In this document: in pieces, positions 16,983 to 30,742 of the stretch
Layout: every line of letters begins with the position of its first letter
Numbering within the stretch: position 1 is the first letter of the stretch
Assembly (NCBI RefSeq): GCF_009914755.1
Contig: NC_060926.1
Reading direction: 5' to 3' (one strand)
DNA length: 64,000 nucleotides
DNA from: the human T2T-CHM13v2.0 reference genome, Homo sapiens
Notes under the pieces: model-generated
The model's database searches: none
Told to the model about the DNA's origin: nothing
The model's input: only the letters and a program-made list of their open reading frames with translations
Program-made: the position numbers and the translations under genes

Positions 16983-19900
16983 TCTTAAATTTCCCCTTTA
17001 GCACAATCCAGACACTCAATCTTTTCTTTCTTTTTTTTTTTTAATTCAAAATACCATTGTACAGCTTATCCTTCTGAAATGATCTATTCCCTTTGTCTTG
17101 CTATTCTAACTATGTAAATTTTCCTGCCAGATTTAATTCACACCTATGAAAGAGGGCAACACAACAGACATTACCACTATCAGAAAACCACTCAAGTAGG
17201 GCCATCAGTATCACCTTCAAATGTCATCACACCGTTATTAGTATTGCTGTTATCTATGAAACAAAATCTAAATTATTACCAGCTCTGCCTTCCACAACTA
17301 GTGCCTCCCCATTCCTCTCACGTGACAGGACGCCCTGAAATCCCCGCTAGGCAACAATGCTAAATGAAACTGGCAGTCTTCCCTTCTCATGTGGCATCAG
17401 GCTTTTTCTGTCTTGAGTAAGGGCTGTCTTTACCATGCATGATTCCCAACAGCACTGCTCTTGATCCCTGAGTGGAGACCCACACCCTGTGGGGCTTCCC
17501 TACCAGCTCCAACCCCTTTCACCATCCCCTGCTCAGCCTTCAAGGCCTGAGGTAGGAGGGAAAAGCCAGGATGAAGTGCCAGTCAAAAGGATCACCCTTC
17601 CCCTACTCCATTCTCCCCTCTCCTGTCACCCATTTCTGACTGGCCGTCAATCCTATCAGGGGTCCATAAAGCTAGGAGGACTCTGGCCCGGGAGAGGGGG
17701 GTAGGGGTTAGGCAAACAGGCCAGGGAGGCCGTTGGTTGAAATTTAACCACAATATTCTCGGTCTCTATTGTTTTGAGTGAGGCCCAATATTTCCACAGC
17801 AGGATTATAGGATCTGATTAACCATGTTAGACAACAATGCCGAGCTGGGATGGGCTTCCCCTTCCAGCTGCCAATATGAAAAAGTAAATACAACACATTT
17901 CAGAAGGGACTCCCAGCAGCCCCTGAACCCTACTCCCCAATTCTAACTCTGCTACTGTTTTGGGCCCCAGAGTAAGGGCAGAGAGGAAGAGTGTGGCACT
18001 GCATGCTCCTTTAACTACTGGCCCTTGGCCCAGCAGGACAAGTAATCCTAGCACAATCTTCCCAGGTGAGTCAATGGCTGTGTGCTCCCCACACCCTGGA
18101 GCTCTTCCAGTGCTTCTTCCGGGTTCCCCTGGTAGGCTGGCCCAGATTCTTGAGAACCCATAAGAGTTGGGTGCTGAGTGGGTGGAAGGATAGCAAAATC
18201 TGTTGGGCTCCAAACAGAGAAACTGAGTGGGGTGGGACTTAATAGCTCAGAAGAGTGATGAAGCCTTTGCTAGAATACTTGGGTGCTACCTAATGACTTC
18301 CTATGTGCTAGGATAGAGAACTGAGAGCCCAGAGCTGAGAGGATACATAAAAGGCCACCACAAAAAAAGTCTCAGAAGATGGGATGAAAGATCAAGAAAG
18401 ATGGACTTCTAGATGTTCAAATAGAGAAGGATTCCCTATGGTCCCTCTTCCTCACATAAGACAAGCTACCTCATACCCTCCATGCACTGGATGTTCCGCT
18501 CATGGTGAGATCTTCTGAGGCCTTGGCCAAGAACACAAGGAAAAAACATAGAGCAATGAGCTGCCCTGGACAAGAGCACCCTGTAGCAGCTTCCAGGGCA
18601 TCAATGCAGCTGGGAACCCCCCTCCTATAAAGTATGGGCTTCCTTCTCTTCCTGCATTCCCCTCTGTATCTAAGGGCCTAGTGTAATCCATTACAATTTT
18701 GCTAGCCCATACATTTATGGATATTAGTAACAGAGACGAGGAACCAAGGTTCTTGAGCTCTGAGTTTGGTGGCTTCCTTGCAGTATGTCACTTATTCCTT
18801 TCTAACAGTTTTTTCTTCAAGAAAAATTAGAAGACAGAAACTACTTCACAGTAGAGCTTAGAAAAACATATCCTGATTGTATCAAAACCTAGTTGACATA
18901 AAATTATATTTGTTAATGGTATAATATCCCTGAAGTGATATTTTCTGAGTTAGGGTTAAAACTGACCCTGTTCTCAAAGAGTATAACCTAATGAAAGGAT
19001 GAAAACAGAAAAGTGCACAGGAAGTGTGTCTATTAACACAGTCTACATTAACAGCATAAGCAGAACAGACAAAGTGAGCTTACCATATCATGAGGAAGGG
19101 CTATTAAGAGAATTTAGGCTTACTCTATACTCTCTGGAGCGAATCTGTGTAGTTTTGTAAGTAGGAGAAAATGAGAGACAGAATAAACAGAGAGAGGAAA
19201 ATGCTCCTAGTGACAATGTAAGGAACGAAACCAGGAGGAGCAGCACAGCCTTTTCCATTCCCCACTCCTCCCGCCAGCTTTGTACAGAGTACACAAGGGG
19301 CCCCTGCTTATCTCCCAACAAACGTGGGCTAAGGAGGAGGTAAGGGCTTGGGAAAATGGGAGGTCTAAGTGAAAAGGAAGGAAAGAAAAGGGAGTCCAAA
19401 TGTACCGCTGGATAAAAACGAGCAGCAGTAGGGCTGAGTATCAAGAGATGTGAGCATCTCTCCTTCCCCCAGTGCTCACTGTGGGTGCGCTACACCAGGC
19501 CTGTGGAAGGATTTTGGTCTCAACAGGCTAGACTCTTTCCAGTTCAGAGCATAGAAGCACAGATCTCACTCTTCGCCACCTTACACCATAGGAATTCGCT
19601 TCTCAGGAATCAGGGAAAGATGGAGACTAAAAGCTTTCTTCCTGCCTTCTCAATAACTTTACTATCCCTTGGAAATCCTCCTTGATCTGGGAGACTGGCT
19701 GCCTGGTGACAAGAGAAGAGAATGACCCTAGTGATATCTTTTAGGACCCAGCCTGAGCTCTGCTTTTAAGGGTTGCTGGGGAAGCCCCCACTGAGGCATG
19801 AGAAAAGGAGGTGCTACCCAGCTAGAGTGGAAAGGGATGAGGCTTTCTCTCCAAGCAGGGAGCATGCCTGTCCTAGCTAACTATGGGGGACCAGCTGGCA

Positions 19901-20809
19901 AGGCCAAGTAGGCCTTGCAATCTAGGTGGCGCTATTTCTCTACTTTTTAGGTCAAGTTCCTGCAGGAACTTCCTCGAGGTCCCAAGTCCTGCTCCTGGTT
20001 TGCTGGCTTGCTCGTGTAAACCACCTTATATTATTTTTTTTTCTAAAAATACTCCAAAGCAATTGAAAGAGTCCCTTCTCCCACCAGCCAGCCCTGGCCC
20101 CAGCCCCAGCCCCGGGGAGCGGGCGGGTAGGCGGGGAGGTGGGCCACTGCTTTATTAAACACAGGGAAAACTAATATTTACGGAATAAAATTTATGGAGC
20201 AGCCACGAGAATTCGACCCTTTTATGTGCATGTAGAGTGGGGGTTGGGCCAGGCTGGGGGCCTCAGGGAGGGGCCCAAGCCAGGGGGCAGGGCTGGAATA
20301 CAGCCTGGCTAGGCCAATTTGTCAAAGCAGGGATTTCCCTGGAGTTGCCTTAGGATGAATGATTCTCAACCACTACCCCTAGCTTTGCGGGGTAAGGGCT
20401 TCGGGGCAAGAATGCCTGTGGCAGGGCCTCTGGTAGCAATGTTTCTCTAACAACGTATTTAAGCAATACCCCAATGGAGACAGCAACCTTTGGGGATGAT
20501 GGGGGCAGTGGATGGAAGGTTACTAGCTATATTCTTACTTAACCTTTTTAGAAAGTCACACATTCTTTTTGAGAACATCAACAAAATTTTGCTCTTAAGA
20601 TTTTACCTACAATTTTGAGGGATTCACAGGCCTCTGGCCCCGCTGTGATGAAAAATGTCTTGAGTCTGTGCTGTTACAGTACAGGGAATGCCCAGGGTGA
20701 AGAACCGGTATTTTCTCCAAGCTTGCAGGGGAAGCCTTTCCATTTTCCATGTGCCTTGTAGATACTGAAATCTGACTATCTAAATTATGCTGAAAAGAAA
20801 CGAAAGATC

Positions 20810-21157
<348 letters not shown>

Positions 21158-21464
21158 TCACTTCGATGACAGTCACTACCACACAGCACACTCTAGGGTC
21201 CTGTGGTCTGGGGGTAAAGAAAAGTTATCAGCAGTGACTGGGAATGAGCCTTGGTGGAGATCTCAGACTCTGCTAGCAGGAAAAAGCATGAGGGTAAGTC
21301 CTGGAGTCCTCAAGAGCTCCTTCCTTGAAGAGCCCCTGGGGAGCAGACATCCTATTGAAAAGAGGCAAGGTCATGGGATAAGGAGGTTTACAGTGGGAGA
21401 CTGGAAAGAAGAACCTAATGTCCTTTCTGGAAAATAAATGTTTTCATTAGTGTATATAATAATG

Positions 21465-21675
21465 CTGTTAAGAACTCAGCTGTCTGGGCTTAAATTCTGG
21501 CTGTCACTTATTAGCTGTATGACCTTTGATAAGTCACTTACTCACTTCAGGATCCAATTTCTTAATGGGTTAACAGCATCTTCCTCATATGATGCTATGA
21601 GGATCAATGTCAAGTGCTCATTAGAGTAGCTGGTATACATTAACTGCTCAATAAATGTTAGCTATTTATTATTGT
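21465..21675 (+). mobile_element. MIR
   Basis: MIR core-like sequence (CTGGGCTTAAATTCTGGCTGTCACTTATTAGCTGTATGACCTT) and tail TGCTCAATAAATGTTAGCTATT. Confidence 0.8.
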
Positions 21676-21699
21676 TGTTCTTATTATAATTATTTTATT
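21665..21699 (-). terminator. NHEJ1: Proximal NHEJ1 poly(A) signals (AATAAA at 21694-21699 and 21665-21670)
   Basis: Two TTTATT on + strand about 1 kb past the NHEJ1 stop, at the tail of a MIR element. Confidence 0.65.
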
Positions 21700-21784
21700 A
21701 TTGTTTGATCATCTTCTCTCGAGACTTGACATCAGGACAGAAACGCCAGTATATATACAGGATATTTGAATAAGGAGGCATTTA

Positions 21785-22016
<232 letters not shown>

Positions 22017-22728
22017 TAAACTACCCCACGTGGTAGTTTAACCTGTTGCCTATACTTTGGAAACAAAGAGAAAAATGCATCCAAGTTTGGCAAAGGAAAG
22101 CAGCAATCATCTATCTGTCTTGTGCCCACCATCAAGAGAGTTCTTGAGATCAAAGTTTCCAAATGGAGACTTAGCTCTGGCAACTGCAGAAAAGTTTACG
22201 AAGAATCTGAAGGACCAGACTGATGGCTAGACTTCATCCAGAGACAACAATGGGGTGGGACCCAGTGAAGGAAGTGAATTGGGTTATGAGTTCCACAGCA
22301 TAAGTAATCCCAAAAGCAGGGACTGTGAGTGCTTTTTATTCCATGCAAAAGAGAGAAGTGGGTCTCTGAGGAGTATCTGGGGCTGGCTGGCTAGAGACGC
22401 TAGGGAAAGGTAGACAAGGCTTCCTGAGTGTGTGGTGCTTTCTTGCTGACTTGCCCTATATACCTAAAGTCCATGGTAGAAACCTGAACCTACAGAACCT
22501 CCACCAAAAGAGAGGAGAGCACGGGATTCTCAGAGACTGGCTTCCACTTGAACAGGGAAGGCCAATTCCCTGTGGGCCTGTCAACATCAACTTCAGTTCT
22601 CTCGCCCTTACAGGAGGCCTCTGACTGTATCACTATTTTAGAAATATTGCTGCCATGTAAGCTTCTTTCAAGGTGAAGCTTGGAAGCTATTCTCCAAGTC
22701 CATCCTCAGCAGCTGAGGCCACAACAGA

Positions 22729-22803
22729 TTAACTGAAGAGACCCCTTGGCTTCTTCCTCTTGACCTTTGACAGCTGAGGTCTCTGCAGAGGGCCTGAAGT
22801 ACC
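22729..22803 (-). CDS. NHEJ1: NHEJ1 (XLF/Cernunnos), coding part of the last exon (Ku-binding motif)
   Basis: Acceptor TTTTTTCTAG|GGT; translates [27 protein letters not shown], the XLF C-terminus. Confidence 0.97.
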   Translation of the reverse strand, partial: [24 protein letters not shown]

Positions 22804-22905
22804 CTAGAAAAAAGGGAACCCAAGTTAGTAGGGGTTTTGAAATAGTTCCACTGAAATTAGGAAAGGAACTTTCTTCCTCTCATGGCTCCTGGTTAGGATG
22901 AGGCC

Positions 22906-23186
22906 TTTTTTTTTTTTTTTTTTTTTTTCCACCCAGGCTGGAGTACATGGGCACAATCAGAGCTCACTGCAGCCTTGAACTCCTGGGCTCGAGCAATCCG
23001 CCTGTCTCAGCCTCCAAAGTAGCTGAGACCACAGGCACATGCTGCCATATCTGGCTAATTTTGTTTTTTGTAAAGATAGGGTTTCACTTGGTTGCCCAGG
23101 CTGGTATTAAACTCCTGGCTTCAAGTGATCCTCCTGCCTTGGCCTCCCACAGGTTGTGATAACAAGCATGAGCCACCATGCCCAGC
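22906..23186 (-). mobile_element. AluJ-like in the last NHEJ1 intron
   Basis: Poly-T followed by a diverged reverse Alu. Confidence 0.9.
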
Positions 23187-23545
23187 TACAAAGAGGAGGC
23201 ATTCAGGAAGTATCTGACATAGGTATTTTGAAGTCTATGTCAGACAGCAAATGCGATATAAGACCCTAAGCAGGAGATGTAGATTCCCTTCTCCCCCAAG
23301 GAATAGCCTCGCTGACTATCACTGGTCATCACTGGCCATCACCGGAAGTGGGATAAGGTGAAAGAGGAGTCAAGGCACATCATTCGTACAAGACCTACAG
23401 AGAAGGGACACCAAGGGAAGATGTGCAAGACCATGACTCTCCATCTAGACACCTACAATTTGGAGCCTGGTCACAAATATCCCTCAATATTTTTGAGGCA
23501 GTGCCAATGAAGCAGCAATTCCAGGGACCACTGGCTTGGGGGCTA

Positions 23546-23758
<213 letters not shown>

Positions 23759-24176
23759 TTACCAGGAAGATATTAGCATTCACCAAGCATTCTGATAAAG
23801 GCCAGGGTTTGGTACAAATATATAAGCAGACAGAAGTAGCCACAAGTCCAACTTCCAGCTGACTTTCAGAAAGTCCTGTTTCTGCTATGAAGATCTCCCC
23901 AGGCCCACTTTCAGCAGGTAGGATGAGAGTTTCCTCGACTCAAAACAGCCAGCTGTTCTTCTACATATTCCCTCACATGTCTCAGGTATGGAGATTAATT
24001 TTTTTTTTTTTTAAAGAGATGAGGTTTTTGCTGTGTTGTCCAGGCTGGTCTCAAACTCCTGGCCTTTCCCACCTCGGCCTCCTGAAGTCCTGAGGTTACT
24101 GGTGTGAGCCACTGCGCCCAGCCAGGGAAACTAATCTTTCTCCTGGTTCTTTTGCTAACCCTTCTAAGTACCTAGA

Positions 24177-24380
24177 CCAGTGCCACCCAATCGAACTTTC
24201 TGCAATGATGGAAATGTTCTGTGTCTGCATTAACTTGGTAGCCACCAGCCACATGTGGCTACTAATCACTTGAAATGTGGCTACTGCAAAAGAGAAAATG
24301 CATTTTTAGTTTTATTTCATTTTTATTAATTTAAACTTAAATAGTTATATGTGGCTAGAAAACTATCATATTGGACAGCA
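24177..24380 (+). mobile_element. MER3 (hAT-Charlie MITE); an Alu monomer lies just before it at about 23998-24124
   Basis: CCAATCGAACTTTCTGCAATGATGGAAATGTTCT...AGCCACATGTGGCT...ATATTGGACAGCA matches the MER3 pattern. Confidence 0.8.
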
Positions 24381-24407
24381 TAAACCTAGATCCTAATTGT
24401 ATCCTCA

Positions 24408-24596
<189 letters not shown>

Positions 24597-26602
24597 CTAG
24601 AGAAGCGATCTAATACCCCACATGCAGAACCGGCATCAACCCCAAATGAATTAATATAAAGCAGTTAGATCCAATAGGGGGCGACCATATCCAAGCCTGG
24701 TGGCAACCAATATAAAGATTTCTTGGGACATCTCCTCTGAAGGGCAACTCCAAATGTATATCTTATTTCCCCTAATCCTTAGGTCTATTATGTTTTCCCA
24801 TGAATACCCTATAGATTTCTAGGCTCTTTTTCCAAAGGGATGATTTCTTAGAAGGCTATTTTAGGAAATTATTTCCCCTAAATTTTCCCTGAGCTGAACA
24901 AATTACTATTTTCATTAAATTCATTCATAAACTAGAGAAAAATGATAAAATTCAGGATAAAGGAGAGAGAGCAAAATGGTAATGACAGACTGAGAGGCAA
25001 GAAACAATTATGGAGCTGTGATGTTCAGGCAGAGGAGACAGGAAAAACAAAGCTGACAAAGCTTTTGAGGCCCCCGGCCATTTTCCATTCCCCACTGCTG
25101 TCCCACCCTCCTTTACTATCACCCACATGCTCACAGTGGGCTGGCTGAGATTCCCCCAAGGGAGTGAAAACTGTTCTTGAGGGGTAAAAAAAACTGACTC
25201 TTTTAAAGTATAAAGCGTGCACACACACACACACAGTACATAAATAGATTTTTTGGTATACCTGTGGCATTAAAATTTCCTGATAGGGAGTGATTAGGCA
25301 AAAAATGTCTTAAAAGGTTCCTTAGGGAAGTGATAATTTTTAAAAGGCTGAGAAACACTGCTATGATTACATTATATTTATCTGTTTCCTTCACTACAGA
25401 ATGAACTGTGGACTTACATCCACAGCAAAATACTTTGCCTAGTTGTAGTTTCATACACTTGGCTGAACTGCGTTGAGGTAATGGCTGAAGACTGAACAAA
25501 GTGCGATAAAAATGAGATGAAAGAGTAGAGTGTCTAGTGGTCCCAAACCTGGCTGCACTTCGGAATCTTGGAAAGGGCCCAGAACTATTTCACCTGTCCC
25601 TAGGCGTGCAAATCACCATGGTTCCCAGCCAAGTTAGCAGGTCCCCAAGAGCAGCCATGCCAGCAGCTCACATGAGAACCAACCCAAGAATCCTGGATTG
25701 GCCCATACCTTGGGTCAAGGGCACCTTTTTGTGCTGTAAGGGCATTCATTTCTGAAAGCCCTCTCATGGGAGAAGAATAGAAGAGAGAAAGTGTGAGAAG
25801 CAGGAAAGCAGGTGCTGAACCAGTCAGGATAGCTGAAAACCTTGTTGATTACCAGGAAATGTCACATACATTTCTACTCCAACCCTATCCCCACAAAGAC
25901 TATATCAGGCCTGGACTTTCACTGGAAACCACAGGCAATGAATCAGAGCCCCGAGTCCAAACTTTGCCTCTAGCCAGTAATCACACTAGAGTCTAACAGC
26001 CCTCTGGCAGCATTCCCTGAGGAATGAACTGAAACAGGGAAGGTAAACTATCAGGCCACACCACCTCTACCCTACCTCACTCTCAGGAGTTCAGCTCTCT
26101 AACTCCCAAGACACCGCCTTCAAAAGAGGGTTCTCTCCTCCATAGCCAGAGAGCCCTGATGGTGGGGAGGCAAACAGCTGCCCTCCTTCCTTATATATTG
26201 ACCTCTAGCATCTCCCTTCATACTACCCAAGAAATGATGCCTCTCTTAGGGTCACTCATACATGACTTGGTAGGCACTGTGCTGTCTACATAAATGGGTT
26301 AGGCAGAATGAGGCAGTCCAGAGTCATTTCCTCCTGCCCTTTCCATGGAATCAAACAGATTCATCAATTTTTCAGGGCGACCTTCACTCAGCTCAAGTAT
26401 TTAACCTCAAAACGAAGTGCTAGAAATGCTGCACCTGGGTCTAAATGTGGAACCTAATCTAAGCCCTTCCGCTGTCCTTCCCCTTCTCAGAGAGATCTGG
26501 TCCTGCAGTTGCTGGCAAAGTTATTCCACCTGACTATTCTCAGAAAAGTCCTAGGAACAGCATATTGCTAGAATTGTCGAATACTTAATATATGCTAGAC
26601 AT

Positions 26603-27090
<488 letters not shown>

Positions 27091-30000
27091 GCTAGACATT
27101 GCTCTAAGTACTTAAAATGTATTAAACCATTTTTGTGTTTTCTACTACTATTTCCCTGGCATCTAGAAGAACCCTGAGCTCACGGTAGAGGCTCAGTACT
27201 ATGTGTGAATGAATGAGCATGGTAGGCACTAGCATGACCCCGTTTGGCTGAGATGGTCCCAGCTAGTAAGTGGTGGCACAGGGTTAGAGGCCGAGCAGTC
27301 TGGCTTCAGGGCCCACACATATAATTACTATCCTATTTACTTCCCTGAACAGCAGAATTTTGGTCGAAAGAGCAATCCAGCTTCTCCCAGGATCACAACC
27401 TGCAATCCTTCACATCCCAGATCACCTGCCATCCGGCTGAGGAACAAGCTCCCCAAGGTGACAAGAAAAGGGAGCAGATAAAAAGGAGACAGGTGGACCA
27501 GATTGGACCCCTTGGGGGCTGAGAGACCATACTCTTAATCCCATTCTAGCCATTCCCCATTATCACGGATTCCTTGGGCCTCATTCTCAGAATATACTAG
27601 GGAAGAGAGGTGGAGAGGCAGGAGCTTGGGAAAGAGAAACATTAGCTCCTGGGGCAGGACAATGGTAGTGGCTACCTGGGGCAGGCGGCAGAGATCAAAG
27701 GGAGAATGCTGGAGTCAGGAGTAAGTAAAGTAAATAGTGCCCCCTGCTATAAGTGCGACTGAGCCAGGAGCACGATGTACCGGCCACAATGCGGGTCACT
27801 GCCCAAAGTGGGGAGGGAAAGAAGAGTCAGGTCAGCCTACCTGTAGAACGTGTTCATCTGATTAACCCAGAATCAATTCTAGTAAGCAAAAAAGTTACTG
27901 AGAGTCTACTATGTGCCAGGCATTACAGGATTCAAGGCAGGGGAAACAGATGCATCAATCCTTCCCTCATAACAGGTCTGAGTTAATACAAAGATAGTAA
28001 CTCAGAGTTCCTACTTCAAAGAGTTCATATTTGCATGTGGGAGATAGGCAGACATATGTTGTTTTGTTTTTCAAGTGATTTGCTCTAACAGAATTCTCAA
28101 CAAAGGGTAATAGGGAACCAGAGAAGAAGAAAGGGATGAATTTTGACACAAGAGTTCTGCAAAAAGCATCAGAGGTGGTGACATCAAGACAAGCCTTGCA
28201 AAGTTAGACTTTGGATGTGCTGGAAGTAAGTGAAGCATAAAGGTGTGAAGACAGGGTATGTGGATGTGTCTCATGGGAAGCAAGACTAGAAGGCTAAGTT
28301 CACATTCACTAGTTTGCAAAGGACTTCATTTTCTGAATTAAGGTTATGCCCATGGGAATTTCTTTTTGTTTCATAAAGTGGCTTTCTCTACTCTACAACT
28401 GTTTGCCAAAGCTTCCTTGGCTCCAAACTAGTATTGATGGAACAATGAGGAATCCAGAGCTGCTTCCAGGCTTCCCTTTTTAGACTCTCTGTTACATTTA
28501 CCTAAACTCTTAGTACTTCCTCATTACTTACTCATAGTAGTGTGATTTTTTCAACAGCCACAAGAGCTATATTACTCTCCCATCTCCAATGCACTGGGAC
28601 TTTGGACCCTGGTATACAGCCATATCAGAAACTTTAGGCAAACCAAAGTGACAGAAACCCTGTAGGGCATTTTATTTCCCCTTCTTGTCCCTACTGCAGC
28701 CCATCTTGGTTCTGAGGGTCCAACCTCCCCTCTTTAGAGGTAACTCTCATCTTCATGGGGTCTAAACTCACTCCCAGTGGTCCAGAAAGCCCAAGACTCT
28801 CTCAGGATTTGCTGGAGAGCTTCCAATTAGCGTTTTCAACTACAAATACGTAATCTGCCTCTCCTCCCTGCCTCACCCCTCCTTTCCTCTGAGACTGTTT
28901 CAGAAAAGAAACTTCTAGAATCCTGGGTAAGAAAGGCTAGATCTGATCTACTGCTCACCCTATAAATATGGACCCACAGTCTGAGGATACAGGTTTAATG
29001 AAGAAAAAGGGAAAATGAGCTAACTGGAGCTCTCCAGAGTCAGCCTTTGAGCATGTCTTTGGTTCTGGCACCCGCCCCAGAAACTGGCACAGCCCCAAGC
29101 CCCTCGCACTGACCATCACAACATCACAAGGGCAGGGCCCACAACACGTGACTTCCCTAAGAGTAAGAATTCCGCTCCTCCCTCTTGCAATGTGGTAAAC
29201 ATTGCTGGTCTAGATACAAACTTCCTTCCCTTGGGAGCCCAGGTCTCCATTCAAAGGGAATCATGGCAATGTTCACCATCAGCTTCCCTTAGGAATAAGA
29301 GCATATTAGAAAACTCTTCTAAGGTCTCAAATGGCCAGGGGGTTTGCCAGAATAAAGAGAAAGGAACAAGAAACGTAATTTAGGAAGAAGACTCTAATGA
29401 GAAGGACTCTTCAAGAAACGTAACTCCCCCTTCGCCAATCCATTCATATTTAACAAATATTTGCTGATCATCTACTGTGGTGTTTGGGATTATTTAGATG
29501 CTGGGAATATGGTAGTGAACAAAAGAGATAAAATTCCCTGCCATCTTGAAGTTTACATTCTAGAGGGGAGATCACCAACAAATATATAGCTAATTAAAAT
29601 GTATACTCTGTGAAATGGTACTATTACCATCCAAATGAAATCCCTAAATCAAAGATAACCTGAAATGGCCCTGGGTCCATGACACAGACCCAACTGCAGT
29701 AGTAAAAGGCTGAGAGTCAGAAGGAAAGATGAACCCAACGTGCGAGGATAGTATAAAGGTTTAAAAAAGAAAGTCCAAAGTAGGTTCTCACTCAAAGAGG
29801 AAGAAGCAAGGCTATTCAGGAATTAGAAAAAAAATTACTAGAAAAAAAAAAAAAGAAATACACTTTAAGTTCTGGCCTTAAGGTCTCAAAGATGTGGATT
29901 TGTACCTAAGGTGGTCTTCTATTTGCTAGCTGTGACACTGTGGGAAAGCCATCATACTTAACGGTTTATTTTGAGAGAGAGAGGAGGGAAAGGAGAGAGA

Positions 30001-30227
30001 CATTGGGAGTCAGGCACTGAGGGATCAAGACTAACAACATTTACATCACAGAATGTGTGAAAGGATTAAATGAGAGAATCGAGTAAGTGCCCAAGAAATG
30101 TCTGTTCCTTCCCTTTGCAAGGCACATTGAGACTTCTCTTGCCTGGCCCTACTCCAATGAGTGCTAAGTGGACTCAAGAAGTGCCCTAATGATAAAGTAC
30201 ATAGAGAAACTAGGTCTGATCTAATTA

Positions 30228-30742
<515 letters not shown>

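Noticed and set aside
23318-23345. Three imperfect 10-bp repeats (ATCACTGGTC/ATCACTGGCC/ATCACCGG)
   Set aside because: Too short, intronic, and no functional cue.
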